Positions 20,010-30,122 of a stretch of 64,000 nucleotides of DNA are shown one piece after another. The notes below the pieces were generated by a model. The model worked only from the letters and a program-made list of their open reading frames with translations. It searched no databases and was not told where the DNA came from. The stretch is from positions 1 through 64,000 of the IMG/VR virus record IMGVR_UViG_3300033121_002154; one strand, 5' to 3'. The stretch's first letter is position 1. Each line of letters begins with the position of its first letter. The position numbers and the translations under genes are program-made. The stretch comes from a virus (taxonomy: Duplodnaviria; Caudoviricetes).

Positions 20010-20272
20010 AAATTACTAAAAGAAATTTGATCAAATTAATCAGAGAACAAGCAGAAGCAACAGAAGAAACATTCAATGTAGATGATAAAGTAAAAATGAA
20101 TCCTGTTATTGCAAAAAAAATACTTGCTATGTTCGGAAAGGGCCCTGAAACAGCCTATGTTAATTTTGATGGAATAGTAAAAAAAGTATTTAAATTTGGA
20201 ATTATGGTTTCTTGGGCAAATGGTACTGGAAATGTCAATCCAAGAGAATCACTAATAAAAATAAAAAAGTAA
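20006..20272 (+). CDS. leader-bearing small SH3-like protein
   Basis: MKITKRNLIKLIREQ; FNVDDKV..GIVKKV..VSW pattern. Confidence 0.55.
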   Translation: MKITKRNLIKLIREQAEATEETFNVDDKVKMNPVIAKKILAMFGKGPETAYVNFDGIVKKVFKFGIMVSWANGTGNVNPRESLIKIKK

Positions 20273-20276
20273 AATT

Positions 20277-20765
20277 ATGAAATTTAAACTAATACTTAAA
20301 GAAGAAAAATTCCATCCAAATTTTCACATTCAGAAAATTGCTTTGAATATCTTTAATCAAATAAAGAAGATTGATTTTAAAGCATATAAATTAATGGCTT
20401 CCCCATTATATAACGGAAGAGAAAAGGGAATAGCTTTAAAGGTTTTAAGAAATCAAACTAATGATGGAATTTTAGTAATTAATTTTGGTAAAGAACGAGA
20501 TAGTGAAAAGATCTTTGTTACCATTGGTTTATCGGTTGGTCATCATTCTGAACCTGCATCTATGGATGACATTTCGGATGATATGTATAAGAAAAGAAAA
20601 TTGTATGAATTATCAGATACAGAAAAAGCAGTAGAACTTATTAATTTTCATATAAACAAGTTTTTAACTACTAATGATTATAATTATCTTCCAAAATCTG
20701 ATAATTATAATAATTTGAACGAAAATAAGTCTTTAAGTTTGATTGGTATTTTAAAAAAAATATAA
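20277..20765 (+). CDS. leader-bearing protein with C-terminal leader-like helix
   Basis: MKFKLILKEE...NLNENKSLSLIGILKKI. Confidence 0.6.
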   Translation: MKFKLILKEEKFHPNFHIQKIALNIFNQIKKIDFKAYKLMASPLYNGREKGIALKVLRNQTNDGILVINFGKERDSEKIFVTIGLSVGHHSEPASMDDISDDMYKKRKLYELSDTEKAVELINFHINKFLTTNDYNYLPKSDNYNNLNENKSLSLIGILKKI

Positions 20766-20769
20766 AAAA

Positions 20770-21477
20770 ATGAAAATAAAATCTAAAAAAGTAATATCTG
20801 AAATAATCAGAAAAGTATTAAACGAATCACCAATGATGTATGATCCTCATCAATCTACAATACAATCAAGAATGTATAAAAATCAATTAAAACAAGGTGA
20901 GCATATTTTAAAATATCCAAGTCAAAGAGAAATTGATCATGAAATGATGAGATTAAATACTTTATTTGTTCCAAGACCTGCACAATATAAATTAAGATTA
21001 ACAAAAATTACAAACCCTCAAAAAATGTATGATGCTTATGTTTCAATATTATCCTGGAAAAAGAAAAATCCACAATATGATGATTTATTAGATGATATTC
21101 TTGATAATGTTAGATATTATTTAAGAAAAAATGGTTATGGTGATATGTTAGCTGGTAGAGGTGGAAGAGCAGTTCATGTAGAGAATAGAAAAATTAATGA
21201 AGAATTCGATAGAGAATTTAATAAAAATCAATTTGATTTAGTTAAAAAAAAAATAATTAGAATAGAAACAAAAGAATCGGAAAGATGGAAACAAAATATT
21301 AATTCAATGTATATTGGAAGTGCAGGTATTAATTCTATGAAATCATATTTAAAATTACTAAATAATTGTAGAGATATAAATACATTAATTAAAGTATGGT
21401 CAGCATTTCATATTGCAATGGATGATACTGAAAATTCTACAGAAGATGATTTTTGGGAAATTCTTAAAAATAACTAA
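20770..21477 (+). CDS. leader-bearing two-part protein
   Basis: MKIKSKKVISEIIRKVLNES; internal KINEE. Confidence 0.6.
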   Translation: MKIKSKKVISEIIRKVLNESPMMYDPHQSTIQSRMYKNQLKQGEHILKYPSQREIDHEMMRLNTLFVPRPAQYKLRLTKITNPQKMYDAYVSILSWKKKNPQYDDLLDDILDNVRYYLRKNGYGDMLAGRGGRAVHVENRKINEEFDREFNKNQFDLVKKKIIRIETKESERWKQNINSMYIGSAGINSMKSYLKLLNNCRDINTLIKVWSAFHIAMDDTENSTEDDFWEILKNN

Positions 21478-21483
21478 TATTTA

Positions 21484-22944
21484 ATGAATATTAAAAAACT
21501 AAAACATATTATTCAGGAAATAAAATATCCGGTTGAATTTGATAAAAATAAAATCTATGCTATTTCTTCTGAGTCAAATTTAACAGTTAATAGTTTAATT
21601 CCAAAAGTAATATATAATATGCAATATAATACATCTTTAAAAAACAATAAATGGATTACTTTTAATCATTCTAAGGAGAGATTTTATGCTCATGATGATA
21701 AAGATTATATTTATGAAGTTGAATTTAATGCAAATAATGAAAAAAAATTATCTATTATAGATGCTCAAAAAGAATTCTTCAAAATATATGATAAAAATAA
21801 AATTGAGTTTTTAAAAGAATTAAAATCTATAAGTTATAAAGAAGATTATGAAGAATTTTTAGAGACTATTAATAATCGAAACAATTTTTTTGAAAAATTT
21901 AAAGATAATTACAGTATAGATAAAATTTTTGATACATTTATTAGAATATTATTTGAAAAAAATAAAAGTATTTCAATTCTTAAAACAAATCATGATTTTT
22001 CATCAAGTAAAACTATAGGTGAATTTATAAACATAAATACAATTTCTAATTTCAAATTAATTATTTCCAGAGATCAATTATTTTCAGAAAAAGATCCACA
22101 AATTTCTGATAATTTTTTATCTGATTATGATATTAAAATTCTAAGTTCATTTATGTCAAAAGTTGGTGGGAATATTTCAAAATCAGACTGGAATAGATTT
22201 AATGAATTTATTCCATCTAATTCTATTAAAGTTTATAGAGGATTATCTTGGAAATTTGAAAATTTGTATAAACTTGAAAATTTTAGTTATTACCCATTTA
22301 AATTAAATGATAAAATTAATATTAAAAGTAAAAGAACAACTTCCTGGACTACAGATTTAAGTGTTGCAGATGGATTTTCAGGCGAACATGAATATTCAAT
22401 TATAATTGAATTAATAGTTAAGCCAATTGATATTATAATTGATACAAGACTATTAAATTCAGAAATTCGAAAAGAATTATATCAAGCTAATCAAAGAGAA
22501 GTCATTTTAAAACCTGGAAAATTTCAGGCAAAAATTATTGAAATAACTGATAACGGCAAAAATGTAATAACTGGATTTGAAAATATTGATATTAAAATGA
22601 TTCAAAATATTACAAACACATTTGCTAATTTTGCTAAAAAAATAAAAAGTGAAATGAGAAATTTTACTTATATGACAAAAAATCAAAGTATTTTTGGCGA
22701 TTATGCTGTAGAAGTACCCTTAATAAAAGTTAGTGGTGATGGTATTCAAGGAGTTATTGAAATTAGAATTGATGAAAAAGATAGAAATAAGTTTCATATT
22801 AAATTTAATAAATGGGAACCAAAATCAGGATTTAAAACTTTTGACTTTAACAATGATAAAGAATTAATAAATTATATTAAAAATTATAATGTTTTTAAAG
22901 ATGAAATAATTAAATTTTTTCTAAATAATTTTAAAAATGTATAA
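21484..22944 (+). CDS. putative ADP-ribosyltransferase (R-S-E type), paralog of 36820
   Basis: VYRGLS...SWTTDLSVA...DIIIDTRLL...NQREVILKPG. Confidence 0.65.
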   Translation: MNIKKLKHIIQEIKYPVEFDKNKIYAISSESNLTVNSLIPKVIYNMQYNTSLKNNKWITFNHSKERFYAHDDKDYIYEVEFNANNEKKLSIIDAQKEFFKIYDKNKIEFLKELKSISYKEDYEEFLETINNRNNFFEKFKDNYSIDKIFDTFIRILFEKNKSISILKTNHDFSSSKTIGEFININTISNFKLIISRDQLFSEKDPQISDNFLSDYDIKILSSFMSKVGGNISKSDWNRFNEFIPSNSIKVYRGLSWKFENLYKLENFSYYPFKLNDKINIKSKRTTSWTTDLSVADGFSGEHEYSIIIELIVKPIDIIIDTRLLNSEIRKELYQANQREVILKPGKFQAKIIEITDNGKNVITGFENIDIKMIQNITNTFANFAKKIKSEMRNFTYMTKNQSIFGDYAVEVPLIKVSGDGIQGVIEIRIDEKDRNKFHIKFNKWEPKSGFKTFDFNNDKELINYIKNYNVFKDEIIKFFLNNFKNV

Positions 22945-23515
22945 ACTCACTAAAAATGATTTGAATTATTTATTTAATCATTTTGAACAATCTGGAGAAC
23001 ATGAATTTCTAATTCCTCAATATCAATCAGAATCTGCAGATATGGATATTATTAATGGAGATGAAGATGATATATTAGTTTCAGACGATTACCGAAGTTG
23101 GTTTGATTATGAAATGGGATATAAATCTGAAGAAATTATAGATAACATAAAATATTTGATGAATGGAAATAAGATAACTGCTTGGAGAAGAATGTTAGTT
23201 CAAGATAATTTTTTAGATGATTTATTGATAGGAAAAGTTAAAAGATTAGGAAAATATTGGAGTTGGGATAAAGAATCCGCAGAACCACACAGCGGTTATG
23301 GAAATGGCCCAAAAGATATTTTAATGGAAGGGAAAATAAATTCAAATAATGTTGACTGGAAGAAGACAATTTATGCAAATTTAAGTCCTTCAATGGGTGA
23401 AGATGAAGCTGAAATAACTGTTCAAGAATATAAAGAAATTATTTTGGAAAAAATTTGGGTAAATGATAAAATTTTTGATTTAAGTCTTTTGAAAAATAAA
23501 AAGTTTATAGCTTAA
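22937..23515 (+). CDS. putative ADP-ribosyltransferase-fold protein
   Basis: AWR...GKYWSWD...EDEAEITV. Confidence 0.45.
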   Translation: MYKLTKNDLNYLFNHFEQSGEHEFLIPQYQSESADMDIINGDEDDILVSDDYRSWFDYEMGYKSEEIIDNIKYLMNGNKITAWRRMLVQDNFLDDLLIGKVKRLGKYWSWDKESAEPHSGYGNGPKDILMEGKINSNNVDWKKTIYANLSPSMGEDEAEITVQEYKEIILEKIWVNDKIFDLSLLKNKKFIA

Positions 23516-23533
23516 AAATAAATAAATAAGAAA

Positions 23534-23950
23534 ATGAAAATTACAAAAAAGCACTTAGTAAAGCTAATAAAGGAACAAACTGAAACTCAAGGAGTTGAGA
23601 ATGCAATGAAAACAATGGAAGAAAATAATGCATTAGATTCTCTTACAAAATTATTTCAACCAATGTTAGGATTTGCACCTAAATTTAATATGAAAATACG
23701 TAATAAATATATTAATATTGAAAGTAATGATTTTGCCGACAAATTGGATAAAATTGGAAAACTAATTTTTAAAAAAATTACAATAGACTTTTGGGGCGGT
23801 GATTATAATTCTAAAGAAAATCAGGTTTATTTTTCACCTCATATGTCTTATACTCATCCAGGTGGAGGAACAAATGGAATTGCATTTGGATATGATTATA
23901 TTTCTTATGATTGTACAGAAAATAAGTGGATTAAAGGGAGTTATAAATGA
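23534..23950 (+). CDS. leader-bearing protein
   Basis: MKITKKHLVKLIKEQ; YTHPGGGTNG motif. Confidence 0.65.
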   Translation: MKITKKHLVKLIKEQTETQGVENAMKTMEENNALDSLTKLFQPMLGFAPKFNMKIRNKYINIESNDFADKLDKIGKLIFKKITIDFWGGDYNSKENQVYFSPHMSYTHPGGGTNGIAFGYDYISYDCTENKWIKGSYK

Positions 23951-24858
23951 AAATTACAAAAAGCCATTTAATAAGATTAATCAAAGAACAAACTGAAGAA
24001 AAACAAGATTCTGGATTTTTAAACATTCTAAGAAAATATACTGGAATGAAAAATGTTGTTCAATTAAAATATTTATCTAAAATGATATTCTATATTGTAA
24101 ATACTTTGATGATTAGTCCATTTAATTCTGGAAAATTAAATAGATTTTTTAGTATAATGGATAAGAATTTTGGTAATTCTGAAAAAACAATTAAAGAGAA
24201 TTTATTATTAAAAACAAAAGTTTCTGATAAAGATTGGAAACGTATGGCTGATTTAATAATTTCTAAAAAAGATGGGGAAAATGTTGCAAAAGTTATTAAA
24301 GACAAAAATAAAGCAATTGTTAGATTTGTTGCAGGTTTAAAACTTTTAAACAAAGATATATTTTTCTATAACAATCAGTATTATTCAGGCCCATTTAGTG
24401 ACTTTGGAAAAAAGGCTTTAGAATTAGGTGCTACTTCAGAAGAAATTCAAGATATTTTTGATAAAACTGATATTCCTGAAAAATATTCTCAGCTTATAAA
24501 TGATAATCCGCAAAAGGGTTCCAAAGGCTTTCTCACAAAATTTATTCTTGATTTAGGATATAAAATAAAATACTTACCTCATAACGGTTATGCATTAACT
24601 TCTGAAGGCAAAGATGCAATGAGAAGAAATGGTAGAAAATGGACAATGGGATATAAAACCGAAATTGATTTAGGAAATAAAAAGGTTAAATTTGCATTTG
24701 ATGATGTTACTGATGAAGGTAATGGGCCATCATATTATATTATGTGTAGAGATCATAATTATTCTGATTTCTTTGATGCAGATGAATGGGAAAAATTGGG
24801 GAAAATGAAATTTTTAGAAATGTTAAAAAAATGGTTAGAAAAAATAAAAAATCAATGA
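23947..24858 (+). CDS. leader-bearing protein
   Basis: MKITKSHLIRLIKEQ. Confidence 0.65.
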   Translation: MKITKSHLIRLIKEQTEEKQDSGFLNILRKYTGMKNVVQLKYLSKMIFYIVNTLMISPFNSGKLNRFFSIMDKNFGNSEKTIKENLLLKTKVSDKDWKRMADLIISKKDGENVAKVIKDKNKAIVRFVAGLKLLNKDIFFYNNQYYSGPFSDFGKKALELGATSEEIQDIFDKTDIPEKYSQLINDNPQKGSKGFLTKFILDLGYKIKYLPHNGYALTSEGKDAMRRNGRKWTMGYKTEIDLGNKKVKFAFDDVTDEGNGPSYYIMCRDHNYSDFFDADEWEKLGKMKFLEMLKKWLEKIKNQ

Positions 24859-25991
24859 AAATTCCACTCAAGGTCGGAGATATAATTTTATCCGGCCGTT
24901 TTAAAAATAAACCTAACATTGTTGCCGACATTACCCAAGATGAGAATGGGCAACCGGTAGTTATTACAAAAACAGGCAAAAAAATAAAGCTTTTGGCAGT
25001 AAGAATTAAAAGTTTAATGAAAGAAGAAACTTTGAAAATTAATGAGATTAGAAATTATATTAGAAAATTTTTATTACAAGAATCTGCAGCCTCAGAAGAA
25101 GCACATAAAAAAGGTTTGGAAAGTGCAGGTTTTGGTAACTGGAAAGATAAATCTGGAAATGTTGTTGCAAAAACAAAAGATGGAAAATTAACAAAGGTTG
25201 GTTCTAAGTCTACTGAAAAAGATGATAAAAAAGATTCTAAAGAAAAATCTACTGAAACAAAGAAAAAACCAGAAGAAAAAGTAAATAAAAGTACAGATGA
25301 ATTAAGATCTAAAAAAGATTCTATTAGTGGAAATTTAGATACTGAAAAAAAGGTTGTTGATGAATTAAATAGAATTTTTAAAAGAGTTCAAAGCTTAAAA
25401 AAATCTGGTAAACCGATTCCGACTTATGACTTATGTAAAGTAACAATTCCAGGAACAAATTTATTTTGTGGTGGAAATAAAGGAATACCAAGAGCAGAAA
25501 TGCCACAATTAAAAGGAATGCCAGAAAAAGGAAGTTTGGCTGATAAGTTACCAAAAGACAAAAATGGTGAAGTAAGTATTGAAAATGCATTTAAAAAAGC
25601 TTTACTTAAAGATGGACATGAAATTAAAACTAAAGAAATTGATGTAACAAAATTAAAAGCCACACAAAATCAATTGGTTGGTTCTAAAATTGTAGGTATG
25701 TTGGATGCATTAAAAAATAAAACCCCAGAGGAAACTGCAGGTATAAGAGCACCAATATTTATTTCAAAAGATGGATATATTCTTGATGGTCATCATAGAT
25801 GGGCAGCTTTAGTAGGATTGGATCTATCAAATGGTGGTGGACCTGATATAAAAATGAATGTAATGCAAGTTGATATGAATGTTACTGATTTAGTAAAATA
25901 CACAAATAAATTTGCTACTAAAATTGGAATAAAACAAAAGAAAGCAAGTGTAAAAGAAAATAAAATTTTTATTAATTTATTAAAAGATTAA
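24855..25991 (+). CDS. multidomain protein: small beta domain + AHKKGL module + ParB/Srx-like domain (likely start 24855)
   Basis: ATG at 24855 overlaps the upstream stop; internal helix ending FLLQE/S; LKATQ...ILDGHHRWAA. Confidence 0.7.
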   Translation: MKIPLKVGDIILSGRFKNKPNIVADITQDENGQPVVITKTGKKIKLLAVRIKSLMKEETLKINEIRNYIRKFLLQESAASEEAHKKGLESAGFGNWKDKSGNVVAKTKDGKLTKVGSKSTEKDDKKDSKEKSTETKKKPEEKVNKSTDELRSKKDSISGNLDTEKKVVDELNRIFKRVQSLKKSGKPIPTYDLCKVTIPGTNLFCGGNKGIPRAEMPQLKGMPEKGSLADKLPKDKNGEVSIENAFKKALLKDGHEIKTKEIDVTKLKATQNQLVGSKIVGMLDALKNKTPEETAGIRAPIFISKDGYILDGHHRWAALVGLDLSNGGGPDIKMNVMQVDMNVTDLVKYTNKFATKIGIKQKKASVKENKIFINLLKD

Positions 25992-25997
25992 TTATAA

Positions 25998-26216
25998 ATG
26001 AAAATTACAAAAAAAGAATTAATTAAATTAATTAAAGAAAATCTTGGTGATTCTGAATTTGAAAATCTTATTCAAAAAAAAGTCAAAGAAATAAAAAATA
26101 CTGCACTTAAAAGTATTGGTTCATTTAAAATAGATTATAAAAAAATGAAAGTTCCTGAATATTATAGACAATATTTATTAGAAAAGTTAATAGAATCATT
26201 GGAAAAAGAAGTATAA
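25998..26216 (+). CDS. leader-bearing small protein
   Basis: MKITKKELIKLIKEN. Confidence 0.6.
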   Translation: MKITKKELIKLIKENLGDSEFENLIQKKVKEIKNTALKSIGSFKIDYKKMKVPEYYRQYLLEKLIESLEKEV

Positions 26217-26218
26217 TT

Positions 26219-26794
26219 ATGAAACTTATAAAAATTTTAGAACAAATTGAAAGAAATTTTCCCAAAAACAAATGGGTTAACTTAAGAGATGATATTGAAA
26301 AAGATACTGATCTTAGACATTCTTTAACTGATTTAGTAAAAAATGCTTATAATAATATTGGTGGTCATATTAAATTAGAAAAAGACCCTAATAGATTAGT
26401 TTCAAAATATAATTATGAAATGGGATTGGATTGGGATAAAGACCCTGATATTGATGCTTTTGTTTTTGGTAAAAAGGGAAATTATATAAAGACATCAGGA
26501 ATTGGTCATGATGGACAACAAAAAAGTAAAAAAGATATTTTGGATAAACAAGCACAAGATATAAAAAATGGAAAAATATTTTCTGCAGTAAGTGATGCTT
26601 TAGCACATATTTTAATAACAAAATATCACACACCATTTATAGATAATCAGAAAGATGTTGAAAAAGTTTTAGGGAAACCAGTAAAATGGGTAGGTAAAAG
26701 ACCTGATGGAAAATATGAAGATTATGATGCTTGGTTTATTTTAGATATTCAAGGAAATGAAAAAATGAAAATATTGATGGGAAGATTAAATTAG
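26219..26794 (+). CDS. leader-bearing protein, possible GNAT-like fold
   Basis: MKLIKILEQ; AYNNIGGH...GIGHDG; the fold call is weak. Confidence 0.5.
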   Translation: MKLIKILEQIERNFPKNKWVNLRDDIEKDTDLRHSLTDLVKNAYNNIGGHIKLEKDPNRLVSKYNYEMGLDWDKDPDIDAFVFGKKGNYIKTSGIGHDGQQKSKKDILDKQAQDIKNGKIFSAVSDALAHILITKYHTPFIDNQKDVEKVLGKPVKWVGKRPDGKYEDYDAWFILDIQGNEKMKILMGRLN

Positions 26795-26821
26795 ATTTTA
26801 TTATAAATTTAAAATGAAAAA

Positions 26822-27031
26822 ATGAAAATTACAAAAAGAGTATTGATGAAAATTATAGCTGAACAAGTTAAAAAAATCACACCTATAAAAAAGATTAAAA
26901 AAATTGATCCGGGTGATGGTATCAGTGATATCAAACCAGAAAAACCAATTAAACCAATAAAGCCAATTAAACCAATTGAGCTTACGAAACCAATTAAGCA
27001 AAATAATAAAATAAAAGCAAATTATGACTGA
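26822..27031 (+). CDS. leader + Pro/Ile/Lys repeat peptide
   Basis: MKITKRVLMKIIAEQ then KPIKPIKPIKPI. Confidence 0.55.
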   Translation: MKITKRVLMKIIAEQVKKITPIKKIKKIDPGDGISDIKPEKPIKPIKPIKPIELTKPIKQNNKIKANYD

Positions 27032-27221
27032 TATTACTAATAAATTTGAAAATCTTGATTCAAATATTAAAATATTTTCTGAAATTAAAAATGGTGAATG
27101 TCATTTTGATGTGTTTTACAATGATAAAACAATAACGAAATTTTTTGTTATCATGAGTGATGCTTCAGAAGAAGATGCAAAAAAATTTATTTTAAAAAGA
27201 ATTAAAGAATATATTTTATGA
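27024..27221 (+). CDS. hypothetical protein
   Basis: 65-aa ORF overlapping both neighbours. Confidence 0.5.
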   Translation: MTDITNKFENLDSNIKIFSEIKNGECHFDVFYNDKTITKFFVIMSDASEEDAKKFILKRIKEYIL

Positions 27222-28336
27222 TTAATTTTAATGAACATTTAAAAACATTAAAAGAACTTACTGAAGCCAGACTAAACATAAATTTTTGTAGAAATGTACT
27301 TACATATTTTGATTATAGAATAATCAGCAGCAAAATTAAAAGAGATGGCGGAAAAAGAAATATATTCAAAACTTACAATAATTTTATAGACATTCTTCCT
27401 AATACTTTAAGAAAAAAATGCTTTAATTTATTTTTAAAATTAAGAGATGACATAAAATTATCGATATTGACAGATAGACATGGAGCTGAACATGAACTTT
27501 TATATGAACTAATAAAGTATGCTAAATTGCATATAAAAGATGATAATAAAGTTGATAATTTTAATTTAGTTTTTTATAATAATATTAACCAAGAATCAAA
27601 AGATAAAATTGTATATTTTTTACAAAAAGCTGTTAATATATTAAAAAAAGATTTTGATTTTTTAATATACGGCAAAATTTTAGTACAAAATGTTGGTCAT
27701 GCTGGTGCAACATATGCTCATGAACTTGACAGCATAGCTCTACGATATAACATTTTAGATTATTCTAAAGGTAATGAATTTGCTACTGAGACAATAATTC
27801 ATGAAATTGGACATAGATATTGGTATAAATTTATGACAAGTAGTGAAAGATATGATTATAAAAAAGGTGTTGAAGTAAATAAAGTTATAATTACTGCAAA
27901 TGATAGACGTAATATTTTTAAAAAATTAGGTAATTTAATGTATTCTTTGTATAAATATGGCATTAATGATCAAAATTTCAAAAAAAATGTTTTATGGCAA
28001 TATAAACATTATACTAAAGATGAAAAAACAAAATTACTTTTTTGGTTAAAATATAAAGGCTTAAATGATATTTTTGCAGCCATTGCAAAAGTTAGCAAAT
28101 GGTATGATATTGAAAAAGATGAATTGATAAACAGCGCAAAAGATTATATTGTTGGAAATGAAAATGATATAATTATTACAACCAAAAACAGACAACATAT
28201 GAATATTTTGGGGCCAACAAATTATGGAAGAAAAAATGTTGAAGAGAGTTTTGCTGAGACATTTTTATATTATGTGTTAAATAAACCATTAGACAAAGAA
28301 CTAAAAGATATTTTTTTAAAAGCAATAAAAAAATAA
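27218..28336 (+). CDS. zincin metallopeptidase-domain protein
   Basis: IIHEIGH with downstream YGRKNVEESFAE; N-terminal LKELTE/A. Confidence 0.75.
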   Translation: MINFNEHLKTLKELTEARLNINFCRNVLTYFDYRIISSKIKRDGGKRNIFKTYNNFIDILPNTLRKKCFNLFLKLRDDIKLSILTDRHGAEHELLYELIKYAKLHIKDDNKVDNFNLVFYNNINQESKDKIVYFLQKAVNILKKDFDFLIYGKILVQNVGHAGATYAHELDSIALRYNILDYSKGNEFATETIIHEIGHRYWYKFMTSSERYDYKKGVEVNKVIITANDRRNIFKKLGNLMYSLYKYGINDQNFKKNVLWQYKHYTKDEKTKLLFWLKYKGLNDIFAAIAKVSKWYDIEKDELINSAKDYIVGNENDIIITTKNRQHMNILGPTNYGRKNVEESFAETFLYYVLNKPLDKELKDIFLKAIKK

Positions 28337-28370
28337 TGAAAAAATTAATTCAAATTATAAATGAAATGAA

Positions 28371-29072
28371 ATGAAATATGATTCTAATATTTTTATACGT
28401 TTCGGTGGATTAAGCATTAAAAAACAACATGGATATTCCGCTAATTCTAAAACTTTTCATACTCCTCCGGCAAAAAGAGGTGTATATGCATTTCCTGTGA
28501 AGGCAATAGAATTATTTTTATTAGGTGGAAATTATCAAAAATATTCATATCAACAATTAAAAGCACGAGGTGCAAAAACTTTTAAATATAATGGCCAAAT
28601 TTGGCATCATTTGGGAAATAGACTAAAACCAAATGAAATTTTAGTTAGAAAAGGTGAATGGGTAAAATCTGAATTTATTTATTGGGAGAAAGCTTTTAAA
28701 AAAGAATCATTGAACAATAAATATGGTTATGGCGGTGATTTATTTGGTAGAATAAAAAGTATCAATGAACCAATTAGATCAGGAGTAAGCGGAGGATTTT
28801 CAAAAGATAATCTTGAAGTATTTATAGAAGATAAAATTGGAAATGAACCGATAAAATCAAATCAACAAAAAACAAAACTTAAAAGGCCAAAATATTCTGT
28901 AATGAGTTATGCTGGTAGAACTGCTGAAGAAATTAAATTATTTGAAATTACTCTTAAAAGAGGATTTTTTAATCTTGAAAAAGCTATTAAATATAGGAAT
29001 TTACTAAATACAAAATATTTAAATGCTGAGTTTTTTGTTGTTGATAATTTAACAAATCAAACGATAGAATAA
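28371..29072 (+). CDS. hypothetical protein; leader detached upstream by an (ATGAA)3 repeat
   Basis: FIRFGGL..FHTPPAKRGVYAFP; upstream mini-ORF MKKLIQIINEMK* at 28336-28374. Confidence 0.7.
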   Translation: MKYDSNIFIRFGGLSIKKQHGYSANSKTFHTPPAKRGVYAFPVKAIELFLLGGNYQKYSYQQLKARGAKTFKYNGQIWHHLGNRLKPNEILVRKGEWVKSEFIYWEKAFKKESLNNKYGYGGDLFGRIKSINEPIRSGVSGGFSKDNLEVFIEDKIGNEPIKSNQQKTKLKRPKYSVMSYAGRTAEEIKLFEITLKRGFFNLEKAIKYRNLLNTKYLNAEFFVVDNLTNQTIE

Positions 29073-29075
29073 AAT

Positions 29076-30122
29076 TTGAAAATTATTGGAAACCTACCTA
29101 ATGTTGGTAAATATCAAGTGGCTTATTTTGATAAAAACACTGATACTTTGATTACTTATAAAGGTACACATGCTGATCAAAATTTATTAAAAATTTTAAA
29201 AGATAATTCAATTTCTCGAGAATATTTTAATAAAGGTTTTATTGATCATTCTATTCAAGGTGGGTTTACGGATAATAAAGGAAAATTTTTTACTAATTCG
29301 GATAATACAAATTTGAAAAGAGAATCAAAAATAATCAAAGAAAGTCCTGATAAAATTTATAATACTGGTGCATTTTTAGTTGGTGCTTTTTCTCAGTCTA
29401 ATTATTCATTTGGATATTTCCAAAATAAATTATTAATAGAAAAAGATTTAGTTCATTATCGAATATTTTATAAATATCTTACATCAAATTTAAAAAGCAA
29501 TAAATTAGATTTAATGAAAGCAAATCAATCATTTAATGTAAATGAGTATATTATAAATAAAAATGATTATTTTTTAATTGACAAAATTAAAACATTTATT
29601 TTAATTTTTAATAATTTATCAAATAAATTTGATAAAAAAATAGAATTATCTGAGAAAAAAGGTTATGAAGTTTTTAAAAGCAGTACTGAAGTACCTAAAA
29701 GAATAATATTCAAATTTTGTGGTAGATTTTGGCCAAAAGCAAAAGTAATTAGTTTTTGGATAAATCCAACAAAAACTGAATTAAAAAAATTAATTTTAGA
29801 TATAAAAAGAAAAGTTAATATAGAAATAACTGATGATTGGTTATTTGAATATGAAGAAGATAAATTAATTAAGCTTGGTGATTATCTTGGTCATGTAAGA
29901 AAAAATACTGATATAGAAAAACAGCATACTGTTTCACCAATATTTAAAACAAAAAGAGATATTGAGGGGTTTGGTTCTGATAAATATAATAAACTTGCTA
30001 AAACAATGAATTATGATAATACTGCTCAAATGAATTATTATCATAAAAATCAGTATTATAAATTTGAAGAAAAGAAATTAAAAAATTTTATTACAAAAAT
30101 AATTATTGAATGTAAATTATGA
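29076..30122 (+). CDS. two-domain protein with ESPD/GRFW-family domain
   Basis: Internal IIKE/SPD; GRFW..SFW..GFGSDKY..AQMNY; C-terminal LKNFITKIIIE helix. Confidence 0.65.
   Translation: MKIIGNLPNVGKYQVAYFDKNTDTLITYKGTHADQNLLKILKDNSISREYFNKGFIDHSIQGGFTDNKGKFFTNSDNTNLKRESKIIKESPDKIYNTGAFLVGAFSQSNYSFGYFQNKLLIEKDLVHYRIFYKYLTSNLKSNKLDLMKANQSFNVNEYIINKNDYFLIDKIKTFILIFNNLSNKFDKKIELSEKKGYEVFKSSTEVPKRIIFKFCGRFWPKAKVISFWINPTKTELKKLILDIKRKVNIEITDDWLFEYEEDKLIKLGDYLGHVRKNTDIEKQHTVSPIFKTKRDIEGFGSDKYNKLAKTMNYDNTAQMNYYHKNQYYKFEEKKLKNFITKIIIECKL

Noticed and set aside
15960-26870. Leader-coding DNA as integron attC-like or other site-specific recombination sites
   Set aside because: No palindromic structure or integrase; variation is largely synonymous or conservative, pointing to peptide-level selection
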